Positions 12,031-24,300 of a stretch of DNA of 64,000 nt are shown here, piece after piece. Both the position numbers and the translations under genes were made by a program. The stretch lies in NCBI GenBank assembly GCA_002269645.1, contig NIVC01001274.1, positions 204,408 to 268,407 on the forward strand, read 5' to 3'. Below the pieces are notes generated by a model. That model worked only from the letters and a program-made list of their open reading frames with translations, did not search any database and was not told the origin of the DNA. Every line of letters starts with the position of its first letter. The first letter of the stretch is position 1. Source of the DNA: Macrostomum lignano (Eukaryota).

Positions 12031-12398
12031 GTAATCAGTTATATTATTATTATTTAAAGCTTGAGCTTTGTCAAAGCTTTGGTTAAATTTAATTGAACTC
12101 ACGTCTCGCTACTAAACTATCGCAGTAGTGTCGACCGTCTTTACTCGATATTTTATGGCACAAAATGTCAGAATTTAACCATCCATAACAGCTTTTATAA
12201 TGACGTATACTTTTGTCTAACTACATCAACTGCAATCAATCAAGGACTATCTGGCACATTTACGAACTATACTTTTGGATTGCAATTCAAACCACAGTGG
12301 TTAAGTCATAATAAATAGCCAGCTGGCAAATTTAATTTTCTTTACGAATTATTCCCAACAAAGAACCACAGTGAGCTTAGCTCCTAGTCATGCTTTAA

Positions 12399-13150
12399 CA
12401 GTAGGAATACCAAGCCATTTTCCGCCCGTCGAACTACCAAGTCGGTCAGGTCCATAGTCACCTGGTGTAATCTGTTGAAGGAGCTGACGGCGTCGGGATG
12501 ACGACGGAATGCTCGAGAGACTAGCTGACAATGTCCGTCGGTTGAGGTTTGCCCATTATTGAAGCTTGATAAGAAAAACCTGACATATTTGCAACAGGAT
12601 GTCCATAGTCACCTGGTGTAATCTGTTGAAGGAGCCGACGGCGTCGGGATGATGACGGAATGCTTGAGAGACTAGCTGAGAATGTCTGGCGGTTGATTCT
12701 TGCCCACTGTCGAGGCTTGATCAGTGAAACTAGAGAAATTCGCATCAAGGTGTTCATAGTCACCTGGTGCCACCCGTTGAAGGTCTAGAAGCTCCGTCTC
12801 GGTGAAGGCCAGTAACCAACGAAGTCAGAGCTGATGCAGACACATTTGGTCGACGTGCTGATGAAATTTGGAGACTTGACAAAGCTGCACTGAGGTGCAG
12901 TGCTGATTGGCGCACAGGGGTGTACTAAATACACTAGCACTTATGGGAAAAATCCGATTTTCTGGCAGAATCGTCGAATATCTCGACGGTCTGGAGGGTT
13001 GGCGACTTGATTCTTGTTTGAGAAAGTGCGCAACAAAAAGTTAGCCCGTGTTCTTGAATTTCGTGTGCCTGCGTTGCTCCATTCCGGCGCAGCAAAAAAA
13101 ATTGTCAGGGGGGGGGGAATTTCCCCCCCCCCCTCTTGGTAGTTCTACTG
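12399..13150. mobile_element. Non-autonomous DNA transposon with CAGTAG termini and TTAA target duplication
   Basis: TTAA|CAGTAGGAATACCAAG ... CTTGGTAGTTCTACTG|TTAA (16-bp TIR, 14/16 match). Internal ~151-bp tandem repeat (units at ~12450, 12601, 12752) and a G-run/C-run hairpin at ~13108-13133. Confidence 0.75.
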
Positions 13151-13688
13151 TTAATAGGCACAGTGTAAAGGTTAGGCATTAGGTGATATTGTTGATAGAT
13201 TGTAATGAGCGTAAGCAACTTTTTAAAGGCAAGAAATGCCCACAATTTTAAACACTATACGAGTAAATTGCTTTAGAAATAGTGCAGCCACGTCACCATG
13301 CAAAACTAGCTAGCTGGCAGAGTCTATATCGTTTAACGACACTCATGTAATTTCCATGGAAATGCTCTCATTTTGGAATGTACAGTAAGCATGAAAAATG
13401 TACAGCAAAGCCTATTGCAGTGTCAAAATTTACATCGCTAAGATACGCCCCCTTCAACTAACTGAAGTGCTTGATGCAAGAGGGCAACGACAAAGTCACG
13501 ACTCTGCATGGAAAATTCCATTGGCTAGTATTTTTTACGATGGAAAATTACTAGCACCCAGTTGCAACTGGGGAAAAACTCAATCCATTAGCTTTACCAT
13601 AAAGAAGAAAAAGTTCCTGCAATCTAAAATTTCTGTCCGTCAGGACTGTACGCAACTCTATAGGCATCAAGATATTAACTTCTGTTAA

Positions 13689-14519
13689 CAGTAGAAAGAC
13701 CCACGCTATTTTTCCCTTTATGGTGAATCCATATTGGCTCAATAATCTGGGTCCATCTGTCGTCGAGGCCTTTGTTCTCAGCATCCCAGGCACCAGTATC
13801 CTCTTCATCACCGTCTGGAGCATTGACGGCGACCGTCAGGACTTTCAACGGTGTGCCACCACGCGGCCCTGACGAGCTGACACCCCGAACATCGTGATTT
13901 TTCTATCCAGGCACCAAACTTGGCATGTTTGTATATTATAAAATGGTCCTGAACCATGTTCAGCATTCAAGCTCTGTCTGGACGACCTTCGGGACCTTCA
14001 ACGGAGTGCCCTGACGAGCTGGCACCACCAACATCATGCTTTTTCTATCAAGGCCGTGTGGTGGAACTCCGTTGAAGGTCCCGAAGGTCGCCTGTATATC
14101 TACAGGTCAGCCTAGAGGGTCGCCATCATTGTCCATTTCATTCACCGATTATGTATACTGACTGAATGCTGCATGCAGAAGAGGATTTGATGAAGGGGAC
14201 CCTGGTGCCTGGGATGCTGAGAGCACGTCCCTGCGACTGATATGCATAGGTTGTTGAGCCGACGTGGTTTCATGATGAGATTTTGTGAGCAGAAAAATTT
14301 TGCCTATGTTGGAGGTTTTTGCCACCAGACACCCCGAGGAGAATCTTTAAATATCTCGATGATGCCGATTTTTTGTGATTCTTGAAGTTGCTTCATCGAA
14401 TAGAGAGGAAAATTTTAGCACGTGTTTTGGATTTTCATGGCAATTGGCTGAATATTTTTGGAGATCCACCAAAGGAAAAATGTGTGTATTTGAAATACAC
14501 CCCCATGGTCTTTCTACTG
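13689..14519. mobile_element. Second CAGTAG-terminus element (foldback-like)
   Basis: Perfect 13-bp TIR CAGTAGAAAGACC/GGTCTTTCTACTG, left flank TTAA, right flank TTAG. Absent at the homologous site of the duplicated block (42975, TGTTAATAGCATT). Contains nested inverted repeats. Confidence 0.8.
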
Positions 14520-15388
14520 TTAGCATTAACAGTTGGTGGTTTCTTACGTTTTAAAAATTTCCATATTGAAACTTGTGGTGGCGAGCTACAGTAAAACAAA
14601 ACGGTTACAGTAAAACAATACCAATTTTGTACCCGTTCAATCAATTCGAATGACCAGAGCAATATTCGAAGCTGATTGACAGGTGCACGTGTGCTGTGGT
14701 GGCGAACAGGCATCATCAAAGCTGGAAAATGTCAGATTTTCGTTATTTCAGTTTCGCGTGCATCAAAGAAAGTACCTTATATTAGGAACTTTGCCTCAGC
14801 TTGCTTGTGCTAGAATATTTGTGCCTCAGACAAATATGGCTGCATCTGATGTCGTTTGAGTACATGCTCAAAAAAGTCTTGCTCTCTCGAGACTGAGGCT
14901 ATCCTTTCGTCTATGACGCTCACTCAGCCTTAAGTCTTAGGCCCAGCAAGTTGCCTAAGAAGCATGACGACTTGAAGACTTATTATTCCAGAAAAGGTTT
15001 TACTCTGTATGAAGCGTCACCTGACTCATACAGTAAGTGGGCGAGATAAAAGTCTACGAAGAGGAAGAAAATTTAGTAGAAAAGCGAAACTGGGGAAACG
15101 CCTAAAACAAATAAAAAAACTTCCGCACAGTTGAAAAAGTCAGAGAGTAGCATCCCTCCGTGGCTGGACGTACAAAGCGAATTGAAGTGTACTGCAGAGA
15201 CCGGAGTGGGACAGAGACACTGAATCTATAACCTCGTGTGCCTTGACAACGGCTCAGCAAAAAAAATCAACAGAAGGGCCTCTGAGAAAATGTTAAACAG
15301 TAAAGATTTGGGAGCGGGAAAAAGCTCCTCGTTCCAATTCGGACACACAATTCCCGTACTGAGAGACGGCAAACACACAACTTTCGAG

Positions 15389-18300
15389 ATGCGTCAGTCG
15401 AAGACATTGCTACTCTTTGCCATCGGTTTCTGCTGCGTCATGGTCTCCGAAGGTGTGTGATGAAGTTGATTTTTTGCTCTAAAATAGTTTATCAGCAAAA
15501 TATATCCAGGTTTTCGTGGCAAAGAAGTACTTTGAATAAATAAGAACTGCTATGGCGAGGCAAGTCTTCCAGACCCGGCTTGCTTTTTTAATTTGTAGCG
15601 AGACGATATCTGAGATGGCGATAATAAAAGATAAACGATACATCATTTGCTTTTGCCTTTTGAAATTAATCTTCTCAGGGCGTCTAATAACTAGAAATCC
15701 TATAGGCCTCTTGAATCCCAACTTTGCGTCTCGGGGTTGCCTAAGTTTATACTTGAAACTGTTTTACCGATGGTCAGGTGATATGCAGAACACGACTTTG
15801 CCCCCCACCCCATGTTGCCATGCAGGCGCTTGCAACCGAACTCGCTATGTGCAGCACAACGGCGTCCTTGTTGTCAACTCGACCGTCAGTAGCCAAGTCC
15901 TGAATGCCACCGGAGTGACTTCAGTTGAAGCATGCGCCATGCTGTGCGGAATGAAATCCTGCTCTGCCGCCGTGTTCTGGAAGAGCAGCGGTCTGTGTCA
16001 GCTGGTGGCGGTGTCTCGGGAGCCAGGATTTGCTGGAAACAACGAATGGAGACTACTGGGCTCGGAGACTGCTGACGCGGTGGTGATGAAGCTGGAAAAC
16101 TTCGAAGAACTGATGAAGCCTCGTATTATAAATGTCACTCGAGTGTTTACAAGTGAGAGTTCAGCCGCATGCATAATTGCATAGAGTATCGCACACTTGA
16201 TGCACTTTTTCCCTCTTCCTTAGGTCGGCTCGAGCTGGCCACAAGTTCCTAATTTGCGCTATCCCATGTTCGTTTTAAATTCAATCCATATGAGCACATT
16301 TGAGTCAGCAATAACTAACTGAAACATGCATGGATTTCAGACAATGGAACGGGTCGAATCGGCTCTGTCCAGCTGGTGACCATCGACATTGCCGGCTGCT
16401 ACCGGATCGAACTCGCTGGTGCCAAGGGCGGCGACAACACGTATGTCAGTCCTGACAAACTCGGCGGCAGGGGAGCTCTGGCTGCTGGCAACTTCAGTTT
16501 GTCAGTCGGAGTTCAGCTGTCGATTGTTGTCGGCCAGGCCGGAGGTCCGTCGCAGAGCAGCAGTTACTCAAGCGGTGGCGGCGGCGGAGGCAGCTTCGTG
16601 TACCGGACATCGGACAATGGGCTGCTGATGGCCGCTGGCGGTGGTGGTGGCGCCTCGTATGGGAATACCGGTAAGCATGCGATTTTTATTGTACCTTAAC
16701 TGAGACGTTTGATAGTTGCTTCTACCATATCGTCGTATGCAGCTATTCAATAATGTATTTGTCAAAATTTTCAAGAAACTGAAGCCGACAAACAGTTTAG
16801 GGCAATGGCGACTTAAGTATCTTTATCAATTATATTTTTAAGTAGCCCTTGAACCAGGGACGAAACTACACCGAATAATGCCTCAGTCTATCGACGCATT
16901 TCTATTGTAAAATTGTGAAATCTTCATGGATCTACAGGCCAGAGTTCATTGATGGTGCACGGACTACTTAAGTAGAAGGACGCGACACGCGCAAAACGTG
17001 CAAATTTTATTGGAGGCTGAATATTCAATTTTATGTAGCTCGACTCCAGAAACTCGCCGAAGTGTAGTTTTTTCACATGATACAAATAATTTAGTCCTTG
17101 TTCATGTAACATATGTAATGCATGATTAAAACGATGCAGAAACCTTAGAAATTAGTTTCAAGCGACGAAAACTAACTTTTTCTGGTGAGTTTCGAGTCTC
17201 GACGTGCGGCATTTGTAGCACAAAATATAGCTCTTCATTTTGATATAGCACTTATTTTAAGTGATTCTTTTAGCTGTTCATTGTTACTGTGAAGCGGACC
17301 TTTTTGACCTGGTCATAAGAAAACCTATCGCAAGATGTACAGACATATAACAGATACCACTGATTCTGCGCCAATCGTATCGGATAAATAGAGTCAAGAC
17401 GAACTAAGACGAAAGATTTTAAGAACACGAATTTTGAGTCTTAGTAGCCATTCAATATTTTTATGCCATATTAATATTATTGGCCTTTTTAAAATGTATG
17501 CAAAAAGTATATATCAAAGTGGTATAAGATAGCTAGCAGGTTTCTTGTATAAAGCAAATGCGAAAACATGCAGTTTAAACAGTATCAACAAAAGCGTACA
17601 ACGAAATATTTTACAACAAAATGATCTATTGTATCAAGACAACTTGCTATAACATTGCATCAAAAAACTAACGGTACGCAGTTCTGGCAAGGCACCACTC
17701 ATCGTGGTCTTCATCATGCAAAGCCAGCCGAATGAAATGCATGTAGTCAATAAGAATAACAAATAGAAATGAGGATAAAGTGCACAATCTTGCACCTGGA
17801 CACGAGTTGGTGGCAAATGATCAGGTGTAGTAGGTAAATATAGACTAAAGTCTTGGACAAGCTATAGAGGTCCATGATCATCTGGACAGTAGCTATACAA
17901 AAGAACTGAACTCCATGCTGCAGGAGAAGCATTACAATAGCCACCTGGCTGATGAAGTTAAAAGCTTTGCAGAAATCTATACAGACAATTGACACCTCCT
18001 TTTAGAGTCTCGCAGGTGCCATATGGACTAGCTACTTGTTGTAACAGCAGTACAGTGACAGTTGTAACAGCTCAGCCTCGGACACTTCATTGTCACAACA
18101 GTTCTGGAGCATCCTCCTTAAGATGTGTGTATACTTGTTTGTAAGGAAGCCAACCACTCGAGTATTTGTTCCATGTATACAAAATAGCAACCTCCATGGC
18201 CTTGCATATAGATAGAGAATTCTTTCTCCAGACCAGCCAATTGAAAGTCACCTGAAAAGGATAAGGAAAATAGCTGCATAGCATGAATACTTAATGATAC

Positions 18301-21300
18301 ACAACCTAAATAAAACAAGTTAATACTTATAATATTATTCATACCTAGCATGACATTTAAATTGGAAGTGAGATAAATTGAATTTATTAATTAAGTGAGT
18401 TAAATTGAAAGTGGATATATTGTGACATCTGAATACAATACTTCCATGGGTGACCATCTAACTGCTGCCCCCCCCCTTAACCAGAGATACTGTGCCGCCA
18501 TTGAATTTCTATATATTAACAGAAAAACTGATTAAAACAATTTAGGCCCTATATGCCTCTCTGAAAGAATATAAGATGAGTAATTTCTTAAAAACATAAA
18601 TATCTATAAGTTCTGTAGCAAAAATATTAATGCAGTATATGTTTTTGAAGCATAGGGCTATAATTATAAATAGACTGACATCAGTCATATAAAAATATAT
18701 AGGTTTACCAGTAAAATGATTAATAAGAATAGAATACTTAAAGTTAAATACTTATATTAATAGGCCTATATTTTATAAATTATCTTAGTCTAAGCCTAGC
18801 TGGCTATACCCTAAAGTATAGTCTTATTAAATCTTATTAAAGTATAGATTAGATAATCCAAATTATTTAAAATTTCTAAAAAAATTTTAACTCAAAACAA
18901 TCCAATACTATTTATAGATAGTCAATAATAGATAGAAGAGATAGCTTATAGGTTTACCAAGAATACCAACTAATGCCAATGGTAATGATATATACAATAG
19001 TTAGCTAGGCCCTATACCTAGATAATGTAGGTATAGGCCTATGCCTAATAGTTTAATAATGAAATACTGCAGGCCCCTATGCTGTAATAACAAATAGCTA
19101 CATTATATTTTATCATCACCAGGGTAGTAGCAGTGGGCCCCGACTAGCAAATGTTGATAAATTTCCAAAAAGTATACTTGCATAGATGGCCTATGCCTCC
19201 TATGGTCTACATACAAATTCTAATTTAAATTAGGTTAGGCTAGCTATGTATAAACGATACATTTCTAAACAGTACTAAGCTAGACGGAAATTATGTATTG
19301 ATAAAAAATGGGACAAAAACAAAAAACACTCTAAAAACTAAAAAGATCTGCATTCTATGATAAAAACATTTCAATGCCCTGCTAAATCTATAGTATACGC
19401 TAAGGGAAATTCAGCCTCCAAAAAAAATTACACGAATCGTGCGTGTTGCGTCCTATATAAACGACAATTAAGCAGTCCGTGTGATGGTGCAGGCTGCCAG
19501 AAATATTGCAGAATTTTTTCTGCTTCACAACACTATAGCCGAGACATTCTTCAATTAACGACGATCGCACGCTAAAATTCTTTTTATGAAAGCAAAAGTT
19601 GGCACTTATACTAACTGAAAAGTAGAGTGAGCAGTATATGCTCGTAACAACTTCGAAAAAACAATTTAAAGTTAAAAATCTTATTTTTTGTTGTTGCGAA
19701 ACTTTAGTCTATCCTCGTACTCAGCAACATGTTAAAATTTCCAGCTCGAAACCAGTTGTCAACTTTTCTCGGATCTCAGTCTTAAGTGACGCAATTCACA
19801 ACACGCCTGCGGTTCTCGTCTCAAAGCTGTGGGTGATGCAGCTTAGGCTGGTGACGGGACGGTGGAGAGTTGTGGCTAGAGCTGCATTACAGATGCCACT
19901 TGTTGACCTCTGGTTTCGTGAAAACGTTAACATGATATCTGCGTATTTGAGGGTGGTTCAGCTATAGGAAATTTCTGAGTCTTCTCCTGCAGTAGATTGG
20001 GTGAATGAGCGATCCATGCAATGAATGAACTGACTGTAAATGAATTTCAGGTCGACTCGGAGAGGAGGGCACAGGAGGCTCCAACTCGTTCGGGACTGAT
20101 GATGTAAGTTCTACAGATTTGTCGATTCGAATTAATTGTTTGCTGAAATTTAATACAGTTGACGTCTCACACTAGAAGACATTGACTTGTTGATTCTTAG
20201 CAGATCTTGTCTATCTTCTTGGTTGCTGCGCAAGTACTTGCAAGAACGTGCAAGATCTTCGCTATAATAATACTTAGGTAAACTTACCAGATCTGGGCGA
20301 CTTGCTACATCGTACAATATCTTAGCTTTAATATCTTTTTATAGCTTCGAATCGCATATTTTCTTAAATTTATTGTCCCTTTTTGTCATACTTCTAAAAT
20401 AAATATAGAACACTTTAGCCAAATGAATAACAAACAAATGTACCTCCCATCTTTAGAAGATCCTGCAAGAACCGAGCAGATTGAGAAGATCTGCTAAGAA
20501 TGGCACAGAGACAAGATCTGCTAAGTTTGAGAAACAGAATGTCCTCTAGGGCAGCAATGGCAAATAATTAGCTAACAAAGCAGATGGACACTGCAACAGC
20601 GCTCTTTTAAATTTCACTTAAGGTCGACTTTTGCTGCAATTTGCAGCTAAGAGAAGCTTTTAGATCATTATAACAAAACAATTTGACAATTATCTTCCGA
20701 AATATTCACAATTGCAAGTAAAGCCTGCATCAGTATGCGATGTGTTTTCCCGGATTTTCATTTACACTGTAAAGGCTTGTCCAGCTAACTTGTTTAGAAA
20801 TGCTATGGAATACGTACGTTATTCTAATGGCCTTAGTGTATTGTGAAGACTTCTTTCCCAGACGGTTCTGTTTTTAGAGCACAGCTATATGTCGCAGCTT
20901 GTGCTGTTTATCTTTATACGTACATACATAGAAACTTTTCAGGTTGAGTTATATAGAGATTTCCGATTTTTAATTGAAATACATCTGTGCTTCTTAGTCT
21001 GCGCTGGCACAGTTGAAAGTCTTTCCTTCCTTTTCAATCTGGAGCCTTCTAGTAGCGTAGGTAGTGCTGCCACCAGTCCCTTCGAGTCTCAGCCTTAATT
21101 CGGTGAGGTTAGGGTCGCGTCGGAACGAAATAAACAAGACGAGCGAACACAGCACTTCAGGCGGATTTGCGATTTCAGACTATAGTCAGCAGATCCTATT
21201 GGGCTCAGTGGGTCAGCTGGGAAGACGGTGTTAGTCTCTTTAACTTACTTCTTAACTTAGCTGCAGGGCTGTCCCGGAGGGGACACAGCGGGAAGGCGCG

Positions 21301-24300
21301 GGCGCCCATTCCGCTAGTCCCTGAACGGCCGACGCGTCGCTATGGACGGAGGGTTGGCGCCGCCCAGGGAGGTCCCCCAGTGTCGCCAGCAGCTATGGTG
21401 CTCTCTGGAAAGGAGAGTTCAGCCCTGCGGGTGGCCCGAAGGTAGCGCATGAGCTGATTAAAGTTTTCGGGTTTGCACGCTTCAGTAATAGATGTGTGTG
21501 GCCCGAGGTAAGTGAGTCTGGCCCGCGTGAAGGCGGGACAGATGCTGACGAAATGCTCAGCGGTTTCGTCACCTGAGTTGCAGAAACTACAGGTGGCGTT
21601 GGTGGCGTTGCCCTGCAGGTACTGGTGCCTGGAGAAGCAGCCGTGACCAGAGAGGGTCATGGTGGCAGCCCGGATGTCTCTGCGCGAGAGGCGCAAGAGG
21701 AGCTTCCGGAGCTGGTGAGAGGGCTGAGGGACAGCGCCTCTGGATTGCCTGCAGTTCGTGCGGTTCGCCCAAGTCGAGCGGTGCTGAGTCCTGATCCACG
21801 CTTTGATGCGCGAGTCGATGACACAGCCAGGAATCGGGACAAGAGGTTCGGGGCCGAGAGAGGAGCCGGAGGCACCAACTTTTGCAAGGGTGTCAGCCAA
21901 CTCATTTCCTCGGATCCCCACATGCCCCGGAACCCACTTAAGGGTAATTTTGTTGGCGGAACCCAACACATTGAGGAGTTTGATACAGTCAAGGACTGTA
22001 GCAGAGTTGGTGCTGCAGCCACTGATGGCGTGCAAGGCAGCTTGGCTGTCCGAATGGAAAATGATGTTCTTACCAGTAACGCCAGTGGCGAGAAGCTCTG
22101 CAGTGCAGGAGCTGATGGCCAGAACTTCATTTTGGAAAACACTGGAGTTGACCCCAGTGTATTGAGCGTGGGTAGCGATGACCCTCCCGTTCAGAAAGAT
22201 TCCAACACCAAAGCCGGTGTTGGCTGACTGCTTAGAACCGTCGGTGTAGCAATGAAGCTCACCAGGGTTCCAATGGTCATTGATGTTATCGCGCGAGTCG
22301 ATAGCTACGGAGTAGCGCTGTCTCAGGTTGAGCGTTGAGGCAATGCCATCGGTGAAGACGCGATTGGCCTGACACTCGTTGAGAAAGTTGAGGCACAGAT
22401 CGCTATGCGGGACAAGGTTCCGCTTAGCATGTGCTCTCATGTAAATGAATTTGACGCCGGCATCAATTAGACGCCGCGTCGTTCTAGCCGCCTCACCCCT
22501 GATGAAGAGGTCAAGAGGCGGAAGATTAAGAAAGGCCCCCATGCCAGCAAAGGGCGTGGACCTGGTGGCGTTGCAGATGAGCCTACACGCTCTGCCTTGG
22601 ATCGTGTTGAGCAGGTCTGCATGGCTTTTGACCTGGGTAGCGCTAACCCAGACAACAGAGGCGTACGTAATGGCAGGTCTAACTACGGAAGTATAGATCC
22701 ACCAAAGCCGCTTTGGGGATAGACCCCAAGAAGTGCCAAGTGCTCGTCGGAGCTGGGCCAGGATGGCTGAGGCACGCTTAGCTTTTGCTTTCACGTGGAA
22801 GGACCAGTTGAGCCGGTGGTCAAGTGTGACCCCGAGACATCTGGTCTGGTGCGCGAAGGCAATATCTCTGCCGTAGAGCTGCAGAGGACGTATGTTCCAG
22901 CGTAGTCTGCTGGTAAACATAATGGCAACGGTTTTGGGCTCAGAGAGTTCCAAACCATTGTCATTGGCCCAGGATTCTGCTTTGCGGATAAAGCTCTGCA
23001 TCAGATCCCTGAGCGTGCTGGGAGACGGTCCTGCCACAATGGCCGTGACGTCATCAGCATACCCGACTTTGAAGACGGGGTCAGGTCGGGAGTCACTCAG
23101 AAGAGCGTCCATGACCAGGTTCCAGAGCGTCGGGGTGAGGACTCCGCCTTGGGGTCCACCCTTACAGACTCTGGTGGAGGCAGTTTGCCCAAGAAGTTGG
23201 GCAGTGACCGTACGGTTGGAGATCATGTACATGATCCACCGTATGAGGGTAGCATGAGCTTTGCGATTTTGAAGGGCCCTCTGAAACGCTTCAAAGATAA
23301 CGTTGTCGAAGGCGCCAACAATGTCAAGAAAGAGAGCCAGGGCGTAACCGTCACCCAGTACCGCCCGTTCAATCTTTTCGACAATCGCATGCAGGGCGCT
23401 GTCAGTCGACCTCCCGGTACGGAAGGCGTGCTGATTATTGCTGAGGGGCATCGCTGTCAGCTCGCAGGAGAGCAGCCGCCAGAGAATAAGCCTCTCAGTG
23501 AGCTTAAGCATTGCTGACGTTAAGCTAATTGGCCGGAAGGCCTTGACGCTTTGGTAGTCACCCTTCCCAGGTTTGGGAATAAAGACTACTCGAGCTTCAG
23601 TCCAGCTTTTGGGAACGTATCCCAGCTGGATAGAGGCCCGCATAAGATTGCGGGTGAGTCTCAGGAACGAGGGTATCTTGGCTGCTTCACGAAGGAGAAC
23701 AGGGTAGATACCATCAGGTCCAGGAGATTTGAAGGGTTTGAAGGTTCTGACCGCACGAGCGATTAGGTCTTCAGTGACAATGCCCGCCGCTAGGGTGGCT
23801 CCATCCATCGAATGGTTGGGCTCCGGTCTAGCAGTAGGTACCCTCGGGAAGAATGTGCTAAGCATATGCTGAAGCACTTCTTCAGGGTCTTTAGTAAGAG
23901 AGCCATCATCTTTTTTGATCATGGCTAATTTGGACATTTTGTCCATTGTAAGGGCCTTGACAAGCCTAGAAGTAGGTCTGTCTTGATCCAATTCATTGCA
24001 GAATTGGCGCCACTTACATTCCTTGGCCTTGCGCACTTCAGATTTGAAATTGCGGGAGGCTTGCCGGAAAAGCTCCATGTCCTCCGGGTTTCCGGTCTTC
24101 ATGGCACGGCGATGAAGGCTTTTGGCCTTCCGCCTGAGTTTCCCCAGCTCCGGGTTCCACCACGGCGCCGAGGTCTTGCCTTTGTAGGCGCGAGCAGGAC
24201 AAGCCGCTTCGTAGGCTTAATAATGCAACCTGTCAGCGTCTCAGCCATATGATCCACATCCTCGCAGGTCTCAATCGGACGTAAGTCCGTGAGTTCCTGC

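Noticed and set aside
15552-15825. N-terminal extension of the 210-aa ORF 15552-16184
   Set aside because: Intron 1 of gene B. It is not conserved in B', and homology starts at the AG acceptor at 15825.
24099-24230. Programmed ribosomal frameshift between endonuclease and RT of the LINE
   Set aside because: No slippery heptamer is seen. These domains are normally one ORF, and similar single-base losses occur elsewhere in the element.
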